A stretch of 64,000 nucleotides of DNA, taken from contig OZ281494.1 of NCBI GenBank assembly GCA_965637545.1, positions 17,298,001 to 17,362,000 on the forward strand. Reading direction: 5' to 3'. The position numbers were made by a program, and so were the translations under genes. Positions 34,401 through 47,968 of the stretch are shown piece after piece; positions within the stretch are counted from its first letter, which is position 1, and every line of letters starts with the position of its first letter. The stretch comes from Phallusia mammillata (Eukaryota). Below the pieces are notes generated by a model that was not told the origin of the DNA, made no database searches, and saw only the letters and a list, made by a program, of their open reading frames with translations.

Positions 34401-35025
34401 GATGCCAGAACTATCCCTTGTTGCGCCGCCAGAGGTGATGGACGATGCGCCACACCACGGTTCCTACTTTTCGATGCATGAAGCGCGCCAGCAAGAACAA
34501 GCTCATGCCGCCGCGGTTTCCGTCATCACCGCAGCTCCCCCAGTCTCACGACACAACGAGCCTTGTTTTGACGTCAGCGCCAGCAGCCAGTCCCTCGTCA
34601 GCAATCCAAATCCAACCGACCTTTCTCAGCACGGCCAGGCTTTTCCCGCGTCAACAAGGAGCAATCGCTACGCCAATATGACGTTGGATACGCTAGATAC
34701 CCTCAACGATGGCCCCCTTAACACCCCTGTTTGCACCCTCGCCACCCCGTCTGTGAGTACCGGGGTATTTACCTTTCCCAGTACACCGGGCATGAACAGC
34801 AGCACGGCGACCACTGACACCAACTTCCAGTTTAGTTCCTCGATGCAGGATTACCCACCCAGACATCCACCTACTCCATCCTACACAGCTAGTATGACCT
34901 TTTCTGCACTGCAAGGCCACCAGCAACAGCCTTACACTTGTGCGGCGGCACACAGACGAAGTTCGTCCAGCGAGAGCCACCAGAGCCCAGACTCGGTGCA
35001 GTCACCAAAGCTCCTTGCGCTTTAA
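31472..35025 (+). CDS. FOS: Fos-family bZIP transcription factor (AP-1 subunit), 528 aa
   Basis: Exons 31472-31582, 33424-33975, 34102-35025, all phase 0 and GT-AG. Starts MFQ; contains PDLQWLV; b[65 protein letters not shown]; VFTFP motif; C-terminus [28 protein letters not shown] resembles vertebrate c-Fos. An alternative in-frame ATG lies at 31457. Confidence 0.95.
32412..32954. promoter_or_regulatory. Two canonical CRE sites in Fos intron 1
   Basis: TGACGTCA at 32416-32423 (inside palindrome ccatgacgtcatgg) and at 32947-32954. Confidence 0.45.
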
Positions 35026-35619
35026 ACAGCTCGGGACAAGACAATTTTATTTGAACATTTATTTCAGGACGTTCGCAATTGAGAATGTCCATGCAATGAC
35101 CAAGCGTCGTTTTTTTTGTATTATTCACGAAGTCGTTTTAAGGCAGTTGAAATGATTGGTTAAGCTTCGCATTGCCTATTGAGTGCTATAACACCCCCAG
35201 TGCTGTATTCGCTTTGCCTATGCTCACTACAAAAGTCATGATGTAATGCTACTACTCTTTGTTTAAGGTTGACGTCTGTAACGTGCGAAAAAATACTGTG
35301 CTGACACAATATGATGTTAAGGTGTACATTTTCAAGTTACTTATCTTTTCTGTGCGTTTTCCCACGTGTAATATGTTTATTTCCCTAATTGAGTATCCAC
35401 AGTTTAACTGCTGCATAATGGGTGTTCTTTTCAAAATCACTCTTGCCAGTCCAACTTTATTTATTGCCGTTCTCATTGCCGACAACGAAATTCGTCAAAC
35501 CGTTCCATGCAGATTTTTAATGTCTTGCACGTTTTTTACGTTATTTGTGTTGAAATTCTGTCGCAAGACAAACCACATTTGTACATCCCGCAACTAACCA
35601 TGGCGTAGCAACAATTAAA
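35026..35619 (+). other. Fos 3' UTR with AU-rich motifs and candidate poly(A) signal
   Basis: ATTTA/TTTATTT motifs near 35045-35065 and 35456-35465; ATTAAA at 35614-35619. Confidence 0.4.
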
Positions 35620-35879
35620 CAAAAACATTTTTGAAAAGCGTTATTTGATCGTACGCAGTGATCGAATACCAAGTTATCGCCACCTTATCTGGCCGCTTGA
35701 CGCGACACACTTAGGAGAAAGCACTCTCGAACATCTGTTAAATTTCTGTGAGCGAAAATCCACAAAGAAAATAGAATTGTCTTTTTACAATGTTTTACAC
35801 CCTTTTGATCCTTAACATAGGCTAAATCAAATAAACCACTTGAGAATTCTCAAACAAAACATTGTTAAGGGTGAAGTGG

Positions 35880-35913
35880 TTACGTCATCACTGCGTCACG
35901 TGACATCACGTGA
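35880..35913. promoter_or_regulatory. Dense CRE/AP-1/E-box cluster just downstream of Fos
   Basis: ttacgtca, tgcgtca, gtcacgtgac (35895-35904) and tcacgtga (35906-35913) within 34 nt. Confidence 0.45.
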
Positions 35914-37803
35914 GTATCGGGTGGACATGGTGTCGATTGACACGATCATGCCCCTCAAACATTACGAGAATTTTTCAAATATTTTTTACACTGTAAAACT
36001 CCAGTACATAAAAAAACATCTGTAAAACTGACCACAAATGTTTTTGTCGGTTAAACGTTTGTATGCACAAACCAATCCGTGTTTATTTATTTTTATTCGG
36101 ACACACGAGTCGTTTTATGCTTTTCTGCCTGTTTACTTTCTTTGTTCTGAGACCTGTTTTTCTTCCTACCAAATGGTGTCAATACACGCAACTATTTATG
36201 TAAAATCGCTTACGTGTTTTCGTGGTAGGGGTCGGGCAGGTACACAGCGTTCATGGTTTTATAACAGCGCGACCCAAGTTTGTTTTCCAGCTTCAGCTAC
36301 TATAAAAAGGGATTAAGTTTGGAAACCTGTTTTTGGGGCGATGGCGTTTATTTGTATTGTGATGTTCATTCCAAATGGAGTTTGTTATTAATACAGGCAA
36401 CCAGATATTGTCCATCTGCTAGGTATCGAATTTCTACAGTTTATTGACGTCGTCCACATGATTTTTCTTGGGTGCGTATCAAAGGTGTGTTTTTAGATCC
36501 AAAACAGCTCCTTTGTTTGCGTCGCATTTAACCAGTTATTTGTAACACGAGCCCCGTGTAAACAAGGGTGAGGAGAATTTGCCCGACGTCTAAAGCGACA
36601 CAAACCTTTCCGCCCGATAATTAGGTTAAAAGGACCTTTAGCTATAACCTGGTAACGCACGAAATCAGAAGACCATCATCTCTTATAGAGCGCAGTACTT
36701 TCCAACGCGGTTTGAATTCTAACTCGTGACAATTTCTCAGGTTCAAAACAAGCTGTGTTCGTCGAACCGTGACGCGTAACCTCGGTTGTGACGTGCAGAA
36801 CTCACGCCCGTCGTGTTTTCAAGTGTCGTTAACCCGTGCATGCTGATATTACCAAAGCAGTGGTACAAAAGACTACTAAACGTGCATGACTTTAGTATTT
36901 TAAGGATGGTTTGGACATTTTACGAAAAGACGGCTCAACGCTTATTGGTATTAGCGGTGGGTACGAGTCAAATAAAAGTGAGTAACGTAGACGAAACGCC
37001 TGCCGGTCGGGAAGAGTGAAATCACTAATTTAAACATTTAGTAAAAACAAAAATCCCTGTTTCACTTATTATTGGAGTTTTGTGTGGCATAAAACTAAGA
37101 AAAAAGTGACTTGTCTGAGTTTAAACGTTTCGAAGAAGACACACCAATTTCTGACTTGTCAGCAAAATCAGAACGGCGGTGAGATTATGTAAAACTTGCC
37201 ACGTCGGGCACGGCAAATTTGACGTGACGTAACAGCCTAGTACGTCACTGTACACATCTCCGCACTTTGTCGAATCAGGAAACACAATTTCAATAAATTT
37301 GCGAGATGTACCAAGCATGATCTAAAAATAGTTAAAAGCACGTTTTTAAACTAACATAAATTGTTATGAGCCTTTGGCTACAACGTTTGTCACTACGTAG
37401 GCTGGAAACAATGAATAAACCTTGCCCTGGGCGCATTCGCATTTCGGGGAAGGACTTTCTAGTATAGTTCTTACGAAATTTGAACAACGCAGAGTGTACC
37501 GCGACCTTGCTCTTGTGCCAGGCTTCACTGACGAACAACGTCACTGAATTTAAAAATACACAACTTATTATCATTAAAGTCTGTTTACGACGTTGCATTG
37601 AATAAGAGATAAATCTGTAAAACATCGGACTTCGATAGATTTGCCACGACTGTGAGCATTAATACATTGCGATACATATATTACTCAGTAAGTGAAAAAC
37701 TGAGATTAAAAGTGTCAAATACAGAAATGAACTTTGATGAAAAATTTAACTGGGTAATATCGTATACATCATGTTCTATTTTATTTTCTACTATATCTTA
37801 TAC

Positions 37804-38195
37804 CAGGGTCTCAACCAGGGAGCATGGTCCCCCAGGGAGGCACGGGCTATGTTCCGGGGGGTGAGTGGAAGGGTGTAGGTTCACCAGAAACACTCACTAA
37901 AAGCTATTTTATTTTTTTAATGTGCATAATTAAGTGTGTGTTGCTAATAACTTTATTCCCTCATTTAATCGACTATTTCACATAATATTTGTCTATATTG
38001 AGGTTTTTATGATTACGGATTCTTGTGTACTCTATTCGACATATTTCAAGCCGAAATTAGTACCGAATTCCGACACGAGTTTGTCATTTACTTTTTTTAA
38101 AGGGACCACAGGTCTTACAGGGTTACATGAAGGGGACCACGATGCCCAAAAGTTACTTTTAGGGGACACAGTCCACAAAAGGTTGAGAACAACTG
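37804..38195. mobile_element. hAT (Buster-type) MITE, slightly decayed
   Basis: Ends cagggtctcaacc / ggttgagaacaactg; TSD tcttatac / tcctatac (7 of 8 match). Confidence 0.75.
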
Positions 38196-40146
38196 TCCTA
38201 TACAATCTACAGTCAAAAAACTCTTGACAACATATATCTAAAGGGCTTAAGAGAATTTTGCATACCACAACATTGGATCGTTTAACTTTAAAGCTCTAAA
38301 GAGTTTCGTTTCCTTATAACAAAAGCTCCTGTAAAGGAATGTGTATCAAGCGAAACTACGAGGCCTTTTAGAAACTGCGAAGGGCATTTCCGTAGATAGT
38401 GTTTGCACAAGCTTGTGAGTAACAACGTCGCAATCGGCATATCAAGCAGTTTTTCAACGACAAGCCAACACACCAGAGCTGCACAAATCAATTCATCACA
38501 TCGATTGCGGTCTATTGCGTAAACTCGGTGCAAGTGGCGTAAAGCGATACAGGAAGTATAGGTTGAAGAAATGTATTGACATGTAATCAACTTTACCAAA
38601 AAAATGCTTTAGTATTGTTTCTTCCTAAAAGTAATGGTATGACTTTAATAAAATTATGCTCATACATTGTTAAACGTGACCATTTTAGTCGTTTTTTACG
38701 AACTGGCACATTTGTTGCACATAAAAGTTGCGTTGAACACATATATGTTAATGGATGACCAAAAACCCCAAAAGTTAATGAACACCTAAAGTTGACACAG
38801 ATTTCACACGCAAGCCAATATTCCCGCTAATTCATTTCCTGAAAAGGCGATTATTACTTGAACGCAAACAACTTGCTGACCATGTGAAGATTGCCAGACT
38901 GTTAGAAAATAAACGTCACACAACAAACAGGTTGTTTGTGACGTAGCGGACCAAAGCTCAATAGGCACTTCTTACGCAACTCGAAGCAAAAGGACGGTAC
39001 ATATTGACTGGGTTATGCTCGAGAGAAAAAGGCTGAAGCTAAACCAATTCCATTGTGTGCACTGTAGTCGTTTTGCACGGGTAAATATGTGTAAGCTTCT
39101 CGTTCAAGCTGTTGTCAAGCTCACGCCGGGAGAATTTCTCCAAAAGTCAGCATACACAACATATTGCTTTGTGGCATTGAAAAAGGTGTATTCTACGAAT
39201 TCCTGGCATTTATCCGAAAAGTTGTTTATTTTGAAGCCCCTGGGGGCAATCGTCACACCCACGACCTTTAAACCCCCACGCAATTTCTCTTCGATGAGTC
39301 AGCAATATATGAGCGGTGAATAACCGAATTTTGAAACCGCACCTTTTATGATTCGGCATCCGGTTGTGGGCAATTAGCGAAGGTAATAAATTACATGTTC
39401 AAGAAAACAGAATCATTTTAAATATTATCAAAAACGAAACACTGGAAATAAGAACGTTAAAAGGCAACATGGAATAATAAATTACATTTAAAAAATAAGT
39501 TTACAGGATTCAAACCGAAGCAATATTCTGTCTGGACATCATGATAAACATTACTTAATACTTACCCTGTAAAGTAAAAACGAAAAAAAGTTTGGAAATT
39601 TAAAAATAGGAAATTTTGGCACCTCATAAAAACCTCACATACATTAAAAAGAATGTTTGTTTTTTTCAAACCGCAAAATTTTTCTAATAACTTTAAAAAT
39701 CTCCTTTGTTTATTATTTTTGCAGACACTTCGTGTTTTTAACAGCAAATTAAATAATGTTGTTGCCAGGGATATATTTCAAAACGTTTAAAGTGTTGATA
39801 CATTAAGTTGCGGTTGGTGCATAATCAAATTAAATTTGCATCTTTATTGCGGGCTAGGGATTGCTAACTTTGTCCGTGCCTGAGACCGAGACAAACAAAT
39901 GCTGGGATTAACCTTGGCTAAGCACTACTCCTCGCAACGCCATGCGTAGGCTACATTGTTCGCATATGTAAAAATTTGTGGAAATTTGCGTTGTAATAAT
40001 GACATCTACATTTATGAAAATGTATTTGTGAGATCCAAAGTAAGCTGGGAAAATCTCAAGTTCGTTTGGACAAAACGAAAAATGATGTTCATTAACAAAA
40101 CACCTGGTACTTTTATATTTAATTCGACACTAAATATTCTCTAGCA

Positions 40147-40780
40147 CAGGGCTTATTAAACTGTGGGTCGCGACCCCGAATGGGGTCGCGGAATATAATT
40201 TTGGGGTCGTGCAACATTATGCGTTATTATGTCAGTCACAATAAATGGTATATGTGCGTACATTTATTGGCGGCAGAGACGAGTTTGTGCGGCCGTGGAC
40301 ATGTTTATTAGAATACATGCACTGGCGACAGTGACGTCAATAAAAACTCAAAATATTTTGATTTTTAAACTGCTCTAAACACATTTTGTGGAACTTAAAA
40401 GAGTATTACCAGCCTAGTAGCCATATGCGCCTGACTGATTTAAGTGTATTGTGTGCAAACAATGCGAAAAAGCAGATACCACAAACGTCACAATATAGAT
40501 TATGACGTCATAAAAGCTCAGATTGTCAATCTGTGTGTCAAGTCTTTTTTAGGCGCCATTAGTTGGTGTATATATACATATATAATATAAGTATTTCTTT
40601 AATCAGTAATTTTAAAACCAAAGCAAGCAGGCATTTAGCGGCCATTTGTGAAATAAAGATCTGTGATGCGGCTGTCATAGCGAAAAGCTTGTGCACCACT
40701 GGGCTATACCCATCAAGGGGTCGCGTAGAAATTTTTGTTTTGAAATGGGGTCGCAGAGCAAGAAAGTTTGAGTAGCCCTG
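40147..40780. mobile_element. hAT (Buster-type) MITE
   Basis: Ends cagggcttattaaact / agtttgagtagccctg; perfect TSD ctctagca (40139-40146, 40781-40788); ggggtcgcg subterminal motifs as in the 12514 element. Confidence 0.9.
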
Positions 40781-42632
40781 CTCTAGCACACCCAACTCTT
40801 CACGGAAAGCCTTTGTCCTTAAGTAATTATTTTCCATCGTATCCCGCTGTTTTTGTACATTTTCGCCTCTGTGCCCGCTGTATTATCATTCATTGCTCTG
40901 AAGAAGCCCTACCGTTCTGGTGGGCGAAACGTCAACTAAAATACAAGTTCTTGAAAACAGCAACTAGTGTTTTGTTTAGCATTACACCAGTTGAACGAAA
41001 AAAAATTATTAACTAAATATTGTATTGAACGAGATGAAATTTACAGCTTTGTACGTTTTCCCATCTTTTGTGAAACCGTTTCTTCAAACTATTTTATTTT
41101 AAAACCAGGTTATTTTCTGCTCAGCAAAGCAATGCCTATTTCTCCCTGGTGCAAAAACAGTTTAGCAAACACCTTGTAACGGTTGAATAGAGTGACGTCC
41201 ACGGGGCAGCGAACTCGAACCAACAATGCGCTTGAGCCTTGAACAAAAGAGCGAGTACGTACGCACTTTGTGCACCTTTCTCGTGACTGCTCCTGTTTCT
41301 TTTATTACGTCGTCCCGCCCTATTGAGCTTGCGTGAGCCAACAAAAGCGGCTTTCCACAAATAGAGGTAGAGCAAACACGCAAATGCGGTCAAACGCCAG
41401 TGCCGGGTGCTGCTTGCTGAGGGTTCGTGTGCAACGCCTGCGGAGAAATGGCTCGCGGCGACCCACTGGACGACCACGGTTTTTCCAAGGCCAGATTGTT
41501 TCTCCACAAATATTATGGATGGATTTTTCCCCACATGCAGACAAACAAATTGAGTTATTCTCCAGAGTAAAAACAACAACAACAACAACGTTGTTTGGTG
41601 GAGTTTGTTGCTTTTGTTGCACAGTAGCCCACAAATCCTACGTTACAATTTGACCAATAAAATTGTAAACAATATAAAATATCTTTTTAGACGTTAATAG
41701 ACGACTTATTGAAACCGACCTTTAAAGTTTCACACAATACAAAAATAAAATGCACCAATTTTTTTTAACATAAATTAAACTTTACTAATGATAAAACAAA
41801 AATATTTGCGACATTGGTTAGGGATATGAGAGAATTGCTCTAGGCTGTTATGTGTCCTGAAAATGCCAAAGTCATCATGACACGATTTTAGCACTGATCA
41901 AGATATCGCTTACAATCAGCATCCATCACAATCACAACAGCTGTGAAGTAAAATCTTAACTGCGGTTATAATTTAAAACGTTGTTCAACAGTGCCACCAC
42001 GCGGACAAATATAACAAAAATTATCGACCACTTCAAACATTTAAGGTTAAATATGTTTCGACCATTACTTGATTTAGCTACTAATTGGGCGATATAAGCT
42101 GCAAATAATTTGCGTTTAGATTTTTCGGATACAATCACCATGTAGGTGGTTTTAAACCGGCAAAAATCCAGCATAGTTTACCCTAACCACCCAATAAAGA
42201 TTGATCTCAGATCTTGTAATATCTGTCACACAAGCAATTGCATAAATAACTTAAAACTTTCAAAGCCCGTGAATAATGTTTTGCACATATTTTTTTTCGA
42301 ACTACAAAATTGCATCATTAAACATTACAAATTCAGCAACAGTCTTACAAAATCATAAATTGTAAGCAAACTTAAACAACGCAACACAAACCAAAAACAT
42401 AATACTGAATGAACTTAAAGAGGTCGCCTGCCTCTAATCTTTTTGCTGCGGTATCCATTTTTGTTGTTGACGAAAGATCTCGAACAACATTAGTTTACAC
42501 AACATACGATCAACCCATTGATAATTGACATTCGCTGTGCCTAATCATAACAGAAAAACGTAAGATATCTGCATGTAGCCTACTGTCGATGGTTTTTTAT
42601 AGCGAAAGTTAGGCCTACATAAGCTGCGCCAT

Positions 42633-43110
42633 AGAGCCTGTTCACATGGGCAGGTAAATTTCCAAATTTACGTCAAATTTCAGTTTCTGGCGTCACATTC
42701 AGGGTAAAAGTTATAGCCTACTCTAAAATGCCCTCTGTTCACATGAAGAAAAATTTAGGCTACCCTGAAAAGTAATAAAGCACATCCCGGGATTTTTAAA
42801 GTAATAAAACATATCCCGGGATTCAAATTACCGTCGCTTAGGTGTAACAGCTTCCTGGACTACGTTCTTCTTTTATGTAGCTTACGCCTTTCATCAACAG
42901 TCAAGTTTCTACCAACAAGTTTTCAAAACACATTGCGCACGCGAAGTCACAAACGTTGTTAGAAGAGCTTCCGGTAAAACTTACCCGGTGTGTTTTTGAA
43001 ATTTACCCACCAAATTTACTCGGGTTAATTTTTCAAAATTTATGCGGTAATTTACCTCATTTGCTTTTTTTCTTTTTATCTTTTCCGACAAAACGGGGTA
43101 AATTTTTGTA
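42633..43110. mobile_element. Probable DNA-transposon remnant with one recognisable end (possibly Harbinger-like)
   Basis: Starts gagcctgttcacatgggcaggtaaattt; a second ctgttcacatg, a duplicated aaagtaataaa..catcccgggatt block and many aatttac/gtaaattt motifs. No matching right end found. Confidence 0.35.
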
Positions 43111-43136
43111 ATTAAATTGTTGCATAGGCCTACATG

Positions 43137-43304
43137 CGGTGGTGGGATTCAGCCGGTTCGCACCGGTTCTATAGAGCCGTCTCACGAAATTTTATGAGAT
43201 CAGCGAACCGGTTAGCATGACTGGTTACTGTCAATGGACTTTTTGTAACAGAACCGGCAGAAAAATATGACTTTTGAGATAGCCTACCTAGAATCCCACC
43301 ACTG
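43137..43304. mobile_element. Short hAT MITE upstream of PIGN
   Basis: TIRs cggtggtgggattc / gaatcccaccactg; imperfect TSD cctacatg / cctaccta; internal aaccgg repeats. Confidence 0.7.
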
Positions 43305-43586
43305 CCTACCTAGCCTAGTAGCTGCACGGTGTGCGACATCGACGCGGCATGGAAAAGAATTACATTTATTTCATTTCATAAAAATTACATTAATTTTTGA
43401 AGTTCAGTTTTGGTCTGAAATCAAAAAAATACCTACCGTAACAATATGTTTTGTTTGATTCTTTTTTGGAATCCCGTGCTTACTCGTGTATGACCTAGCA
43501 CGGTTCAGTAAGCTCAATTCAACACAAACTGTTGAATTTCAATTTCAAGTTTTGTGCTCTTTTTTGAAAACTCAGCAGCATCAAAA

Positions 43587-46500
43587 ATGAAGTTTTGGTT
43601 ATTTATTGGTTTAAGCATCGTTGTCCACGTGATACTTTTTGCTTCAATATTCGACATATACTTTAAATCGCCGTTGGTTCACGGAATGCAAGAATACCTT
43701 CCTTCGGTTAAACCTCCTTCTTCACGACTTGTACTTTTTGTTGGAGATGGCCTTCGCGCTGACAAGTTTTTTGAACTAGACGAAAACGGGAAAACAAGAG
43801 CGCCATATTTAAGGTAAGTGTTTTGATAAGTATACCAACCTATTTGCAGCATCCATTTTTGCAGGAATATTATTGAAAAGGAAGGAACATGGGGTGTGTC
43901 ACATACACGTGTTCCGACTGAATCCCGGCCAGGCCATGTTGCACTTATTGCTGGCTTTTATGAAGATGTCAGTGCAATTTTGAAAGGTAATGTCAGTTTA
44001 AAAAAACATAACTGCCAGAGTACTAGGTATATAGAATACATGTCTGGCAGTTGTGTTTATAATTACATTACTTTTTAAGTTTGTGTATAAAGTTCCTAAG
44101 AACATCAGTTAAAGTCAGCAATACTCTTTATATATTAACCAGAAGTATGCTTTAGTTATGAATGTAACATACAAACTGCAGTGTTAATACTTTATAACTT
44201 ATGTAAGGGTATCATAATGCTTGCTTCTATCAGGCTGGAAAAAGAATCCTGTTGAATTTGACAGTGTTTTCAATAAGAGCAAATCTACATATTCTTGGGG
44301 AAGTGCAGATATTCTTCCAATGTTCTCAGAAGGTATTTTTGATTACAAGGTCTGTATACATAAAAAGCATGAGGTAAACATTTCATTGCATTGCTTTAAT
44401 CAGGAGCTGGTCCACATGTCCACATAAATTGTTTTTCTCCGGAAATTGTCAACTTTGCTGGAAATGATTCCTCACTTCTTGATACTTGGGTATTTGATGA
44501 AGTTGACAAATTCTTCGAATCAGCTAAAGAAAACGAAACCCTAAAACAGCAGTTGTCAGATGAGAAAATAGTGTTTTTTCTTCACTTGTTAGGCATTGAT
44601 ACAAATGGACACAGTCACAAACCAATGTCAAAGTAGGTAAAGTTTGTCGCTAAAGTTTTGTGGTTAAAATTTCCATCATTGAAAGCACAAAACCAACAAT
44701 GATTGATCACCACAAGTAAAGTTCTTGAAAAACAGGTCCAAAATTTTTTTCTGTAAATTTATGTACAGTTGGTTATCCACAGAGAGTATTTGTCGAACAT
44801 TCGATTAGTAGATGAGGGAGTCAAAAGGATTGTTCAGATTATTGAAGACTTTTACAAGGGTGATGGACAAACAAGTTATGTCTTTACTTCTGATCATGGA
44901 ATGACTGACTGGGGTGGATAAATTTTTCGTTTCTTAACTACTTATATAAGTGATCAGATGTTTACTATAAATTTGTTGTTTACTGTATAGGATCGCATGG
45001 AGCAGGTTTGCCATCTGAAACTCTTACACCCCTGGTTGTGTGGGGTTCAGGTGCAACAAAACATGTGCAATACAATGCAAAATTGGAACAATCAGATATC
45101 GATTTGACCAGGTATGACAGCGAATACTTTTATTAATGCAGTGACTGTAATAAGTAAATTTTATGTATCTTTGCAGGTCCTGGGGGTTGGATCCAACTTA
45201 CCAGGTTGATGTAAACCAAGCAGACATTGCCCCTCTAATGTCATTGCTTTTGGGGTTACCTGTCCCTGTAAATTCTGTAGGAGTCTTGCCCGTCCACTAT
45301 CTTTCAGTAGACTTGGAATCCAAATGCAAGCTCCTCTTGGCTAATGCCCAGCAAATAGCTGAACAATTTATTGTAAAATTGAAGATGACCAAACAGAAGT
45401 CATTATTTTTTTCACCATTTTTGGGTCTTAGTGACAGTGAAGTAACTGATATGACACGCAAAATTATAGATTTTATTTCTGCCAAGAAGTATGACCAGGC
45501 TTTGACCTTGTCATATAAGTTGATTAACCTTTCTTTACAAGGTCTGCAGTACTATCACACATATCACAGACTGATACTCTCATTATCTGTAGCATTAAGC
45601 TTTCTCGGCTGGATGGCTGTGTCTCTTTGCACAGTTTTACAGCAAGTTAGTTTCATTCAAAGCCAAGTCGAAAAAATGAAGCCTACCGGAAAGAAAAGCC
45701 ACCCATCTTCTTTATTCTATGCATTTGTTGTGTTTGGTATCTGCATATGTGTGAATCTTTACATGTCACAAGTTCCATTATCTAGTTATTTATATTGCTT
45801 GCTTCCTTTACCTATCTGGTATTACATCGTAACACAACAAACTGTTTTTCAGGTTTGTTGGACAATATTGAAAGGCAACAAGCCAGTACTAAAAGGAATT
45901 TTTATTTATGCATGTATTGGCCTGATGGGCACATGGAGTTTGGTGTTAAGTTTTTTCTACAGACACATATTAAGTGCTGAGCTTCTTGTTTTTGCATTTC
46001 TGTTCGTCAAACTGAAAGTCACTTCAGTGAAATATTATGCAGCTGTGATGTGTTTTATTTTATCATTATTTCCTATGTTGCCTGTTGTGGGCAGAAGTCC
46101 AAATGCCGCACTTCTTGTGTGTGCTGGTGGTTTGGGCGCATTGCTATGTTACATTTCAAGTCGAAGAATCAGCAGCAGGGCCCTTTCCTTGCTGTCCATT
46201 CTTCCTTTTACCTGTGGAATTATGTCTCCACTTGCGCTATACATGTCTTCAGTGTATGGGGAAGTTTCAATGTTGATACATGTTGTCAGCTGGGTAACTT
46301 TGTTGGGTGGTTGGTTCATCCCTATTTTTCAATCAACAAAATTGTGGCACCGTATGCTATGCATTTACGTTTGTCATTGTTCCACTTATCTTTTAATCAG
46401 TCTTTCCTATGATGGGTTGTTCTGTATTACCCTATGTATCCTGCTTGCTCTGTGGACTCGTGTGGAATTTGAGATATCAGAAGTGGGGTCTGGACAAAAA

Positions 46501-47297
46501 ATGTCAAAATTGGATGAATTAGACTTTACACAAAATACTTTGGAATTAGGTAAGGCTGTTCCCAAACAAACTTTGTTAAAAAGTAATTCAAGCTTGTTTT
46601 TTAGGTGACAGTACTGAACACCAGGAACTTTCATTTCATACAACCAGGCGTTGTTATATGCTCTTGTTTTTTGCTGTACTGTCATTTTTTGGAGTGGGGA
46701 ACATAGCCAGTATCAACAGTTTTGACAACAGTGTCGTACTTCCTTTTATCACTGTGTTCAACCATACCATAATGGGAGCTCTGCTTGCTTACAAAGTATT
46801 AGTCTTTGATAAAGGAAACCATCAAAGTTTTAATTCATTCTTTTGCTTCTAGGTATTGCTTCCCTACTTTTTGGTTGTATGTACATTTTGCAGCATTGCA
46901 GTGGCAACAAAAACTCACTTTACACAGTTGTGCTGCTTCGTTTTGATGATCAGTGATTTAATGAGCATACATTTTTTCTATTTGGTAAGTAGTAATTATA
47001 TCCATATATTTACAGTTGGCATTGTTTTAAATTAGCATCATTGTGTTAGAGAAAAATGTGCATGATAAAACCTATTGCTTGTATGTGCATAATAAAACCT
47101 GGTTGTTTACATATTTTTTAAACCAAACTTCTTAACAGGTGCAAGATGAAGGTTCTTGGTTGGACATTGGTACTAGCATCAGTCATTACATTATTACCAT
47201 GACCATGATCATCTCCATTCTTTTCTTTTTGGCAGGAGCAAAGTTTTTAACAAGTTTTAAAATCAACCACTGTTACTTAGCGTTTAGTAATAAATAA
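43587..47297 (+). CDS. PIGN: GPI ethanolamine phosphate transferase 1 (PIG-N/Mcd4), 927 aa
   Basis: Exons 43587-43813, 43865-43986, 44234-44332, 44404-44632, 44783-44913, 44991-45111, 45177-46549, 46605-46795, 46853-46984, 47139-47297, with consistent phases. Motifs [107 protein letters not shown]; many hydrophobic TM segments. Confidence 0.96.
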
Positions 47298-47968
47298 ATT
47301 GCATGTCTGTTATGTACAGGGTTTTGATTTAGGTGCAACCCTAGGCAAATACACCAAATTGTAACAAACCATGAGAAAAGCAAATAATAACAATTAGTAC
47401 ACACATTATGGCTGTATAAAAATGTAATGAATCAAGTCATTTAAAATAGAGAGGGTTTGTAAAACATATGTTTATCATTATTGATTTTTAATTTAAACCA
47501 GTATCGCCTGTCCTTTCACACAAACTATTTTGTTGAATTTAACAGGAATGTTCTGTATGTCCATCCAAGTAGTTTTTTCACATACTATCCAATAGCAAAG
47601 ATTTGTTTATTAACACAAATCATTCCACAACAACAGTACTCTGGGGTGACCACCCCAACTTTTTCAAGTGCAATGTACTGAGTTCAAAAAACCACAGTAA
47701 AAAAATTGCGAGGATGATGACGTAACAAAATGGCTTGTTCTTTTTTCATACTACAGAACACAAACGTTTTTAGAGTGTGATCAAGTAATTACACTGCAAC
47801 ACACAAAGGACCCTTAAAAATTAATGTAGTTTTGTGTATATTTGTAGACTGCAAAGAGAAAATATTGACAAATAATAAAACTCCAACCTTCATCTACAAC
47901 ATTGCCACCCTTATGAATAAATTAAATCTAAAACCAAAGAAGCTAGAAGAGTTGAAAAAAAAAAGAAT

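Noticed and set aside
41136-41653. Cluster of overlapping 70-150 aa ORFs on both strands
   Set aside because: GC/CpG-rich patch with an (aac)n microsatellite; no domain or splice consistency; more likely regulatory.
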